From Rebecca billardiae RCC1528 (Eukaryota; Protista; Haptophyta), in assembly GCA_965240325.2 (NCBI GenBank), contig OZ251240.1, positions 1,178,001 to 1,242,000 of the forward strand: a stretch of DNA of 64,000 nt, read 5' to 3'. A program made the position numbers and the translations under genes. Shown piece by piece: positions 42,340-52,615 of the stretch (within the stretch, counting starts at the first letter, position 1; every line of letters starts with the position of its first letter). The notes under the pieces were generated by a model, which was not told the DNA's origin, ran no database searches, and was given only the letters and a program-made list of their open reading frames with translations.

Positions 42340-45153
42340 CGGCGCCCCCAGCTGCGCCTCTTCAGCGGCGACTGCTTCACGGACGACACCAACTTCTCCA
42401 TCGTCGGCGTGGACAGAACGGTGCGCTTTCTCTCCGTCTGGCACCGCGTCACCACCAGCCTCGGCCTGCTCATGGCCATCCCTGAGAAGCGCCAGATCGG
42501 CCAGTCCGCGCTCTGGCTCGGCTGTGACTTTGTCGTCTGCGCTGGCATCCTCGCGGTGCCGCCGGCCAAGATCCTGCGCGCTCTCGTCATCCTGGACGAC
42601 TTGTTGGCGAGCAGGCCGGTGCCCTTCTCCACCTTTCGCGCGCTCGTCGGTCTGCTCGAGCACTTCCGCCCGCTCACGCCGGCGAACCGCACGTTCTTCT
42701 ACGGCCTTTACGCGCACTTCGGCGAGCTCGGCCGCCACCCCGCGCGGCCGGTGCCCATCACCGCCGCGCTCCGCGCCGCGTGCGCGCGCTGGGCCGAGCT
42801 CCTGCGCTCCACCGCGGGCGTGCTCTTCTCCGACGCGCTGCCGGTCCCCGCGACCCGCCGGCACCTGCCGGCCGCGGCGCCGCCTGCGTTCGTGCTCTTC
42901 TCGGACGCCGCCAAGGATGGCGCGCGCGTGCCGTCGCTGGGGGGCTACGCCCACGGGCTCTGCTGGAGCCTGCCCTTGCGCGCGTCGGACCTCGCTCTGC
43001 CGGTGGTCGCGCTCGAGTTCGTCGCGCTGTTCGCCAACGTGCTGATCTTCGCGCCGCGCATTGCAGGCGCCGTCATCCGGCTGCGCACCGACAGCTCTGT
43101 CACCGACCACATCCTCCACAACCTGTCCGCGCACTCCCCGCTGCTGCAGCACGCGCACCTCGCGCTGCTCGACACCCCGGAATGGCGAGCGATCGCCGAC
43201 CTGACCGACTCGGAGTTCCTCCTCTCTGAGATGAACCCGTTGGCGGACGCTGCCAGCCGCGGCGAGTTTGGCGTCCTCGAGCGCCTGTGCGCCCAGCTCG
43301 GCCTACGCCCGACGTGGCTCGCGGTGCCCATCGTGCGCGTGCAGGCGCTGCTTGACGAGCTCGTCGCGCTGCTCTCGCGTCCGCTCGTCCTCGCTGCCGA
43401 CCCGCCCATGCCGCTGCGCGGTGAGCGCGTGGGCGAGGCACGCAACCCGGGGCCGGTGTGGCGGCGCCAGCCAGTCGGTGGCGCGCCGCCCGCGGCGGGC
43501 GCCCCTCGCAGCGGCGAGGACGCAGCGGCATCGGCAGCCCGCGAGTCGCGCAGCACAGGATGGCGGCGGCCGCCGCCCGACGCGCTCTCTCGGCAGTCGC
43601 GCTCGCGGCCGGATCTGGCCCTCGCGCCGGCGCAGGCGCCGGCTCTGCGGGCAGGTGCGCTCTGGCGACGCGGTGCGCATCTCTCGCTTAGCCAGCAGCA
43701 GCGGCCCCCCGGCGGCGCCGCGCCCTCGGGTCAGCCGCCGGCGGTCGTGTGCGCGTATGCTGCTAGCGCGCGCTTCGACTTGCGGCCCCTGCCCGTGCGG
43801 CTCTCCTCCGACCCGGCTGCGCCCTCGCCCGACGGTTTGCCGGCGCTGCCGCCGCCGCCGTTCGGAGGCACCTCGCCGCTCGCGCTCCACCCGGCCGAAC
43901 CGCTGGCGGCGGCGCGCCTCCACGCCTCGCTCGCGCGCGCCGCGGCGGCGGCGGCGCCAGTCAACACGCAGGCCAAGGACGCGACGGACTGGCGGCGCTG
44001 GTTGGCGTACTGCGCGCTGATGGGCACGCCGCCGCTGCGCACCGATGCGGCTGCTAACTCGGGCGCGGACTCGGTAGGCTTCCAGCGCGAGAGTTTCCTC
44101 CTCGCCTCGTTCCTCATCCACACGTACGAGCGCATGCGGCCGCGCCGCCACTCCGACCCGGGCGCGCGCCCGCAGAGCGCCTTCTCTGTCGTGCAGACGG
44201 TGCGCCGTGTCCACCGCAACACAGCCAACATCGAGCTCGTGCGCGCGCCGCTCATCAAGCGCGTGCTCGCGGGGATGCTGCGCGAGTTCGTGCGTCGCCA
44301 CGGCTCTGAGGCGCTCCTCCCGCAGCGCAAGGAGCCGCTGGGGGCCCAGCACCTCCGCGACATCTTTGCGCGCGCCGGCGGCGCGCGCGTGGCGGGGCGC
44401 ATTGTCGACTGGCGTGATCCATTCTGGATCGGCATGCGGGCGTTGCTCGTCACGCTCTACTTCGGCGCGCTGCGCAAGGCGGAGGTCGCGACTGCGGACA
44501 ACGACTCGTTTCACGCCGGCTGCCTATCGCGGGCGTCGCTCACTTGGCGGCTGGGCGGCGTCCTCGTCGCGATGCCTTCCGCGCAGCAGCTGCGCGCGCG
44601 CGCGCGCGGGGATTTCGCAGTGCTTCGCCCGCCGTGCTCCAAAAGCGACGCCTTTGGCGACGTCTATGGCGCCGATCCGATCTACCTGCCCGTGCTCCCC
44701 GGCGATGCGCTCGATCCCGGTGGCGCTCTCGCCGAGCACGTGCTAGCCGACCCGGTCGCGCAGGGCGCGCAAGCGTCCACGCCGCTCTTCTGCTCGGCGC
44801 CAGGCTCGCGCGCGCCGCTGCGGCACCAGCTCGTCGACAGCGTGGTCGACGGGCTGCTCTGCGCCATCATGCAGCCAGCTGACGCACGAAAGTACTCGGC
44901 GCACAGCTTCCGCATCGGCGCCGCCTGCGCTCTTCTCTCGGGAGGCGCCTCCAGGGACCTCATCCAGCGCATCTGCCGGTGGCGTTCGGACGAGTGCCCC
45001 CGCATCTACGCGCGTCTGACCGCCGAGATGTACGCGCAGCAAGTGCTTCGGATGGCTTCCTCGCCGGTGCACAGTCGCTTTGCGGCGGACCTCCCGCCCA
45101 TCGACAACGACGATATCGCCGGCGGCGTGAGCATACTCCTCGGCTCGCAGTAG
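42340..45153 (+). CDS. 5'-truncated RT (FTDD) - RNase H - tyrosine recombinase polyprotein
   Basis: In-frame QLRLFSGDCFTDD (42376-42387), EK..WLG; RNase H FSDAA, LEFVA, RTDS, NPLADAASRG; YR LRKAE, KSD, HSFRIG, RWRS, IYAR. Confidence 0.88.
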   Translation, partial: RRPQLRLFSGDCFTDDTNFSIVGVDRTVRFLSVWHRVTTSLGLLMAIPEKRQIGQSALWLGCDFVVCAGILAVPPAKILRALVILDDLLASRPVPFSTFRALVGLLEHFRPLTPANRTFFYGLYAHFGELGRHPARPVPITAALRAACARWAELLRSTAGVLFSDALPVPATRRHLPAAAPPAFVLFSDAAKDGARVPSLGGYAHGLCWSLPLRASDLALPVVALEFVALFANVLIFAPRIAGAVIRLRTDSSVTDHILHNLSAHSPLLQHAHLALLDTPEWRAIADLTDSEFLLSEMNPLADAASRGEFGVLERLCAQLGLRPTWLAVPIVRVQALLDELVALLSRPLVLAADPPMPLRGERVGEARNPGPVWRRQPVGGAPPAAGAPRSGEDAAASAARESRSTGWRRPPPDALSRQSRSRPDLALAPAQAPALRAGALWRRGAHLSLSQQQRPPGGAAPSGQPPAVVCAYAASARFDLRPLPVRLSSDPAAPSPDGLPALPPPPFGGTSPLALHPAEPLAAARLHASLARAAAAAAPVNTQAKDATDWRRWLAYCALMGTPPLRTDAAANSGADSVGFQRESFLLASFLIHTYERMRPRRHSDPGARPQSAFSVVQTVRRVHRNTANIELVRAPLIKRVLAGMLREFVRRHGSEALLPQRKEPLGAQHLRDIFARAGGARVAGRIVDWRDPFWIGMRALLVTLYFGALRKAEVATADNDSFHAGCLSRASLTWRLGGVLVAMPSAQQLRARARGDFAVLRPPCSKSDAFGDVYGADPIYLPVLPGDALDPGGALAEHVLADPVAQGAQASTPLFCSAPGSRAPLRHQLVDSVVDGLLCAIMQPADARKYSAHSFRIGAACALLSGGASRDLIQRICRWRSDECPRIYARLTAEMYAQQVLRMASSPVHSRFAADLPPIDNDDIAGGVSILLGSQ

Positions 45154-45225
45154 GCCCTGTCGATGCAGGCAGCTTTTCGCTCGTCGTCCTGTCCCGCGGC
45201 CGCTGCTGGCATGAGTGTGCAACAG

Positions 45226-45915
45226 GGGGCAGCCCCATCGCGGCTGCCCCGGGCTTCCAGCCCGACTGACCAGTGGTGATCCGGTTTCGCTGCCTGCGTT
45301 TGCAGCGATGGGCAGCCCCTTCGCGGCTGTCCCGGGCTTCTCAGCCCGACCGGCTGGTGGATGATCCAGTTCCGCAGCATTCATTTGCAGCGGGGGGCAG
45401 CCCCATCGCGGCTGTCCCTGGCTTCTCAGCCCGACTGGCCTGATTCCTTCCGCACACACCTACTGGCTGGCGGGTCGTGTCGTATCGACCGACCAGTGGT
45501 GATCCGGTTTCGCAGCATTCGCTTGCAGCGGGGGGCAGCCCCTTCGCGGCTGTCCCGGGCTTCTCAGCCCGACCGGCTGGTGGATGATCCAGTTCCGCAG
45601 CATTCGTTTGCAGCGGGGGGCAGCCCCATCGCGGCTGTCCCTGGCTTCTCAGCCCGACTGGCCTAATTCCTTCCGCACACACCTACTGGCTGGCGGGTCG
45701 TGTCACATCGACCGACCAGTGGTGATCCAGTCTCGCTGCATGCGTTTGCAGCGGGGGGCAGCCCCATCGCGGCTGTCCCGGGCTTCTTGGCCCGACCGGC
45801 TGGTGGATGATCCAGTTCCGCTGCATTCGTTTGCAGAGCGGGGGGCAGTCCCATCGAGGCTGTCCCGGGCTTCTCAGCCCGACTGGCCTGATTCCTTCCG
45901 CATACACCTACTGGC
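45226..45915 (+). repeat. Minisatellite array inside the YR element (223-bp higher-order period, 7 copies of a ~40-bp core)
   Basis: Core GCAGCCCCWTCGCGGCTGTCCCGGGCTTCTCAGCCCGAC recurs; equivalent positions at 45361, 45584 and 45807. Confidence 0.9.
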
Positions 45916-47278
45916 CCGGCGTGGGTTGTGTGCCAACGCGCTATGCGTGTGCGTGTGCCCTGCACGTGTACAGGTGTCTCAACCCAACGCCCTGGCTAAC
46001 TCCCCACCCACCAAAAAAAAAAACCAAACAAAAACACCCCCCCCCCCACCAACAAAACGACGCCGCATCGCCGTCGAATTTCTGCTGCTCGCTGCGCTTC
46101 CTCATCATTGGCTTCATGACCATGTCCCCTGTCGCCCACCTCCATCCTGCTGCGTCGTCCTCATCATCACATCAACGGGATCACTCCTGCTCACAAACAA
46201 CGGGACCTTGCTGCCACGCTGGCGCAGTCTGCGCGCAGCTTTGGCACCGTCGGCTCAGTCGCTCTTCCCGTTCAGCCAGGGACAAATCCCCACCATGCGC
46301 AAGTATATATATACATCACCATTTCTGCATGGCGTGTATCATCGGCATTTGCTGCATGCTCACACATGTGCTGCAATACCTGCCCTCGCATGCACATCAC
46401 GCAGATTGTGGGTGATGTTCGTCCATACTCAATGGCGTCGCGTCGCTTTCTATGCAGGAGGACACGTGGCGTTATAACGGAGTTATAACCGAGTGTGTCG
46501 GGAGGCTGGAAAGGCGACGCGCAGCTGGTGGACAAGGGCCGCCATCGTCTTCTAGGTCCTGCAGGTAGTTGTAGCCGATTTCCGGAGCTCATCGGCCACG
46601 GAGCTATCCTTTATCATCATCATGGCGGCCGCTGGTCCTTTCATATCGGCCAACCACACTGGCTCCTCTATAAGTACCCGCTCCGCTCCACTATCCGGCG
46701 CTCGAGATCATATCCAAGATCATCTTAAGTCGGCATGGCAACGTATTACCAAAGTTCATCAAGCAGCCCACCTATCAGAGCTCGCTCGATCATCGGTTAC
46801 ACGACCTTTCCGCTTTCGGGCCAAGCTGCTCATCTCTAGGCCACCCCTGCTTGCCTGCGCTTCGCCATCAGCAAAGCCCGAGGTCTCACCTCCTCTGCGT
46901 TCCTTGCTTGTGCTCGTTGCGAAACCCGCCATCCGCCCCTGCAGCCTCCGTTGTGGTTGACGACCTTGTCGTCAGGCCTGTGAGTGCTGAGCTTGCCTGA
47001 GCCAGGGACCTTGCTGCCACGCTGGCGCAGTCTGCGCGCAGCTTTGGCACCGTCGGCTCAGTCGCTCTTCCCGTTCAGCCAGGGACAAATCCCCACCATG
47101 CGCAAGTATATATATACATCACCATTTCTGCATGGCGTGTATCATCGGCATTTGCTGCATGCTCACACATGTGCTGCAATACCTGCCCTCGCATGCACAT
47201 CACGCAGATTGTGGGTGATGTTCGTCCATACTCAATGGCGTCGCGTCGCTTTCTATGCAGGAGGACACATATATATAT

Positions 47279-47885
47279 CGTCCCGCGCGAGCGGCGCAAG
47301 CAGCTGCAGCTCCTCGACCGCGAGGTCTACGGCACGCTTGAGGGCCAGGTGGGCCCATACGAGGCGCGGCTCGACACCTTCCCCGCGATCGTCCCGATTG
47401 TCGTGGGGGCGTTCGGCGAGTGGAGCGCGGAGGTGGACCTCACCCTCAAGAAGATCGCCAAGATGGGGCGGGACACGTGGCGCGCGCGCCTCAGCGCGCC
47501 CTCGCGCCCCGCCGCCGAGCGCGCGCTGCTCGGCACCATGCGGCGCGAGCTGGGCATGCGCTGCCTGCGTGGCCAGGCCAAGATGCTCATCGCCCGCGCG
47601 CGCATGGCGCACGTGCGCCCGGGGGCACGCGCCCGCGGGGGCGCTGCATACGACGACTACTTCGAGACGACGGCTGACGACGCGTGGCACCGCGACCACC
47701 GCGGTGGCGCGTGCGCGTCGACGCCAGACGGTGCGTCGAGCTTCCGCTCGGCGATGGAGTGATGGGCGACTATGAGGGGGGGGACGACGGCGAGGAGCGC
47801 TGATCCTGGTGTTTGTCTCTGCTGCTCGATCTGCTGCTACAGCTTGCTGACTCTGACGCCTGCCCGTTGCATACCACGTCGTTAA
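47279..47885 (+). mobile_element. 5'-truncated CRE-like (restriction-like endonuclease) non-LTR retrotransposon, longest copy
   Basis: ORF end ...GPYEARLDTFPAIVPIVVGAFGEWSAEV...RELGMRCLRGQAKML resembles the C-terminal RLE region of CRE-clade elements; shared 3' end with 4-5 other copies; TA-rich flanks. Confidence 0.75.
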
Positions 47886-48321
47886 TATAAACTCTGCCCT
47901 GGCGGGCGGGGGGGTCGGCGGGCCGTGCCAGTGCTGTCGCAATATTTCCCCAGCGGGTTCGCGTCTTTTAGCGGATTGACGGGCAGGATGACGAATAATA
48001 ACAATGCGACATACAGATGATGGTGAGCTACCCGACGGCACTGACGAATAATAACGCGACAGATGACTCTGGTGCGAGCTCACCGACAGTGTGATTGCGC
48101 GTGTATTCGTGCACCCACTGCGCTACTCGTCATCGTGCCGAGCCTTCGACTGCGCGCACGCACTGCCAACTGATTGCCGTGCGACGGCGGCGTGCTCATG
48201 TACGCCTGACGGTGACGGTTTGTTCTTGGAGCTAAACACGAAAACAGTTCAAGTTGTGGCGGAGTGTGATGTCATGATTCATTTGTTCAGGTCGTCCGGA
48301 AGTTAGTGCATCCTACCGAAT

Positions 48322-48823
48322 TCTGTCTCTCTGTCTCTCTGTCTCTCTATGTTGATTTAGCTGAGATCGTGTGTCGCCAGGATGCCAATGTCCGCACCGG
48401 GCACGCGCTCGTCGGCGCTCGCCGCTCCGCGCGCCAGGTCCGGCACTCGCACGTTCGGCGGTATCAGGAGCTCTCGGTGGTGCGCGCGCGCGCAGTGCGA
48501 GAGCGTGTGCCACTCGCGATCGAGGGTGGGCACGAGCTGCTCGAGCAGGCACATGAAGCGCAGCGCATGTGCCACTGGCTTCACGACGTCGGCCTCGTCC
48601 CGCAGCGCCCGTGCCATGGTGGAGGATGGCGCGGCGATCTTGCACGCGCGACGTTGCATCTCTTTGCGAGTGAGCGCCCTGGAACGGTTGTATCGCGCTG
48701 TCGCCTCAGTCGTCGACTCGCGAAGACGCGATTCCTGCCACGGCGGCAGACCCAGCAGGTGCGTGCGGTGCGCCTCGTACGCCGCTTTGCGCTGCGCCTC
48801 CGTCGCATTGGCCACCGTCGACG
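48322..48823 (-). mobile_element. Probable 3' fragment of a second LINE family
   Basis: Open frame begins at a TA run without an ATG, contains C..REWHTLSHC (CCHC-like), stops at 48357, and is followed by an (AGAGAGAC)3 tail. Confidence 0.4.
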
Positions 48824-48837
48824 ATATATATATGATT

Positions 48838-50801
48838 AAACTTTTCTGAGGATAGCGCACCAGCTAAATCCCTTGACCGTCATCCGGGCCGAAGTGGCGC
48901 AAAATGGCGGATGCCCCCTTCGGACGCCCTTCCGCGCCTTCGAGCGGCTCGTGCGCGTCGGGAAGTGCGCCGAAGCGTATCCGAAGCATGCTCCATCGAC
49001 GCGTCGCACTGCCGGGCCCTCGCATGCGAGCCCATGCCGACGTCTGAGTGCGCCTCGCTGCGCACGGTACAGCTTGACGGTACACGGCACGATTGGGGCC
49101 GCGAGCAGCCTCGTGCGCGCGACCGAGCCAGAGGTGGTCGTCAAGAGTAGCACGAGCGGCGGCACACGAGCGGGGCTGGTCGTTGCCGAATATCTGACGC
49201 ACCAATCGACCTCGCCCAGCGCCATCTGCTCGTTTGTGCACGTGTTGGAAAGGATGAGCAGCTGCGTGCAAACGCCGAGCGCGCAGATGAGGCGTGGGCG
49301 AGCGAAGGGGCGGCGAGGGCCGGCGCGTGCGCGCGCGTAAATTCGAGCCTCCCCATACGCATCGAAACACACCGCGCTCGCTCGTCGAGCTGCGCACGGG
49401 TATCGGTGCGCGCGCGCCAACGCGGCGCGCCGTGCACGCGCCCGGCGAACGCACACCTGCTCGCGCGCGCACGCGCACGTGATGGACCGAGGAGGTCGCG
49501 CGACCATGCGCGATGTGTCTGGATGGAGCGTGTAGGAGGTGTAGGCTGCGCTCCGCACGCGCTCCGCCACCGTGCACCGCGCTGCCCCTCGTCCACGCGA
49601 TCGCCGCCGAGCCCAGATTCAAACGCGCGCGAGCCCGCGAGCGCGCCTCCGAGCAGCGCTTGCAGCAATCGTGTCGAAGGCTTGGCGAGAGGCAGATGTG
49701 CATGGCAAGTAGCGCAATGGGGGTGCCCATCACGCACACACACCCGCGCACGCTCGCCGCACCACCTCGTCGTGCCCACGTTCAGCGCGCGGGGCGCACT
49801 TTGCGCCTCGAGCAGCTGCCGAGCGGCTCCCGCGCGCGGCGCGCGCGGCGAGTAGAACTCAGCCAATGGTCCGAGGGCGAGCCGGCCGAGCGTCGTGCGT
49901 GACGCACATGGACCTGGTGCAACGCCGCGTACCACTCGCAGCCACCATCGCGCCCGTACCAGCGAGCTGTGGCCGCCGTCGACACCCCAAAGCAGCCCAG
50001 CCGTCAGTCAGCGCGCGACAGCCGACGAGCGCGCGACGCGCGCGTCCACCACCGTGATGAGCACGGATGAGCGCGCGCGCCCGTGTCGTAGCTCAGGTGG
50101 GGTCCCCCGATCGCACGCACCACCGCGCTGCCACGTCTGCACCCGCCTTGTGGCACCACGCGGGCACGCGCCGGGCAGGCGGCAGAGCCGCCTGCTCGGC
50201 AAACGGTCAGCGCGCAGCGAGGATGGAGTCCGGCGAGGGGCGACCGGAGTGTCCGGCGCGACGGAGGTGGTCCACGCCGTGGTCGCCGACGCGTTCCTCA
50301 CCACCTCCGAGGCCGTGGTGGCCGCCCGGGAGAAGGAATGCTCCCAATCGCACCCTGTGCAGTGCTCCTTTGCGCGTGCATCATGAGCCACACTGAGATT
50401 TCGTTAGCTGGCCCGAATCCGATGATCCGGTTATTCGCCCGGCAATCGTTGCATCGCGGACTATCGGGCCAGCTAACCCTTTCCGTGTGCAGCCGTGCCG
50501 CGCGCGCGAGCTCGGCCACATGCGGCTCTTTGCACATGTGCTGCAGATCGGCTCGTGCTCGACGAGCGCGGCGAGGAGGAAGGTGCGCGCTCGCGAGCTG
50601 GCGCACCTGGGTGTCCTCGCGGCCTCCGAGCAGAAAGAGCGCGTCGAGCGCCGCGCCGCAGGTCACACGGTCGCGATCTCGCGAGCGCGGTCGTGCGAGG
50701 GCGGGCCTCTCCATCGCGCGTTTCTGCGTCCAAACGCGGCCTCCGTGAAATCCGGATGACGGTCAAGGGATTTTGCTGGTGCGCTATCCTCAGAAAAGTT
50801 T
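48838..50801. mobile_element. Non-autonomous ~2-kb TIR element, copy 2
   Basis: Same TIR AAACTTTTCTGAGGATAGCGCACCAGC; colinear with 2351-4333, with substitutions and a divergent block near 50380-50490. Confidence 0.85.
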
Positions 50802-51044
<243 letters not shown>

Positions 51045-51329
51045 TCTACTGCTGCTCAACAGTGCGCCGCGCTGTTCGGAGCAGGAGTCGGACAGAGTAG
51101 ACCGTATAAGGTATTCTGCTCGGCTGAGAGTGAGACGGAGACGCGGACGGCGGAGACCGAGTAGTTTAACTTGAGAGAGAGTCAGAGAGTGTGTGAGCAC
51201 GGCGAGAGCCGCAGAGATCGATCGTCGAGGCGAATCGAGGACGAGCAGAGAAGCAGTCGTCGCGCATCATCGGCTATCAATCATCAATCGTCGTCGTCGT
51301 CCTCATCGTCGTCTGCAGCAGCATCGTCG

Positions 51330-52517
51330 TCAATCGTCATCGCCTGCAAATTCATCTGATGAATACGAATTATCGCCAGGAGCACGAATGCGAGCCGGAT
51401 AATAGCGCTTCCGTGTGTAGCCACCCTCCACGGCCGTTGGCAGGCCGTGGACGTCCGCAAAGCGTGCATAGGCCTCATCAACCCAAGCACGAGAAAGGTT
51501 TGCTCCGGCGAAAGTTGCACCTCGCCATGACACGCCCTCTAGCACGTACTGCTCGTCACGGTAATTGCGACGGTCACGAAAATTGCGACGGACCACAAGT
51601 ATCGAGGATGACAGGTCTGCGCTGGTAAAGTTAGTATTCACCAGATTCGCATGCTGGAACTTGGTGCCGCGGCACTGCGCGCCGGTGAGATTCGCACCAG
51701 AGAGATTGGCACGGCCCAGATCCACCCCGTCGAGCACGACATCGCGCAGATCCGCGCCGCCCAGGTCCACACGCCGTTCTCCAGGCAGATGCGGCACCAG
51801 GTTGAGCCCACGGAGACACGATCTAGCGAGCGAACTCGCTGCGCCGCGCAAGTCGAAGTCAGCGTCAAACTTGATCTGGGTGATGTCGATGCCAACGAGC
51901 ATGGCGGGCTCAGAAAACTGCGCGCCTGTCAAATCAAGCCCCGCCGTCTTCGCGCCAGAAAGATCTGCGCCGGAGAGGTCCGCCCCAGATGCGTCCACAG
52001 AGCTCAGATCAGCTCCCGCCAGGCAGGCGCCGTTGAGAGTCGCTCTGCGCAGATCAGCACCCCGCAGATCAGCACCCGTGAAGTCGCAGCGTGGCAAGCT
52101 CAGGCCGGACAGGTCCAGGCCGACGAGGCGAACTCCGCGCAAGCTCAACTTTGACCCCTTAGCGAGTATGTGGTTCACCATGTCGGTGCGTGTCAGGTCT
52201 GGCACCTGCAGTTTGGCGGCATCCGCCACCATCACGCCGTAGTAGTCGAGTTCGACTTGAAGCGCTTGCCGGGCACGAGCTGACTCCGGCTGGATCAACG
52301 TGCCACTTCGCAGAAAGTTCAATATGGCGGCGAAGTGCGCGCCGTCGCGGTCGATGAAGATGTAGCCGTCCTCGTCGAGATCAATATTGTGCGAGCCGGA
52401 GAGCATGCGCGAGAAGTACGTGTCCGGATACTTCGCGAGGGTATCCCAGGTAGTCTCAAAGCGCGCACCACCAACGTTGAGGCGCACGCGGGAGCCCTGG
52501 CCTGGAGCGTTGCTCAT
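51330..52517 (-). CDS. BTB/POZ (KCTD T1) plus pentapeptide-repeat protein (KCTD9/FIP2-like)
   Basis: VRLNVGGARFETTWDTL..YPDTYF..FIDRDGAHFAAILNFLR..ELDYY; many A(D/N)L(S/R)G repeats. Confidence 0.92.
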   Translation of the reverse strand: MSNAPGQGSRVRLNVGGARFETTWDTLAKYPDTYFSRMLSGSHNIDLDEDGYIFIDRDGAHFAAILNFLRSGTLIQPESARARQALQVELDYYGVMVADAAKLQVPDLTRTDMVNHILAKGSKLSLRGVRLVGLDLSGLSLPRCDFTGADLRGADLRRATLNGACLAGADLSSVDASGADLSGADLSGAKTAGLDLTGAQFSEPAMLVGIDITQIKFDADFDLRGAASSLARSCLRGLNLVPHLPGERRVDLGGADLRDVVLDGVDLGRANLSGANLTGAQCRGTKFQHANLVNTNFTSADLSSSILVVRRNFRDRRNYRDEQYVLEGVSWRGATFAGANLSRAWVDEAYARFADVHGLPTAVEGGYTRKRYYPARIRAPGDNSYSSDEFAGDDD

Positions 52518-52615
52518 CGTCGGGACTCGGGACCGCGTCGGCTGGCGCGACGTTGAGTGACTGATGAGGCAAGTCGGGCGGTGACAACTGGGCGATGGCG
52601 GCCGGCCTCCGCGGC

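Noticed and set aside
45226-45915. CRISPR-like repeat array
   Set aside because: The intervening sequences are themselves repeated, there are no cas genes and the context is eukaryotic; it is a minisatellite.
52556-52590. Hammerhead ribozyme core (CTGATGA)
   Set aside because: No correctly placed GAAA or closing stems.
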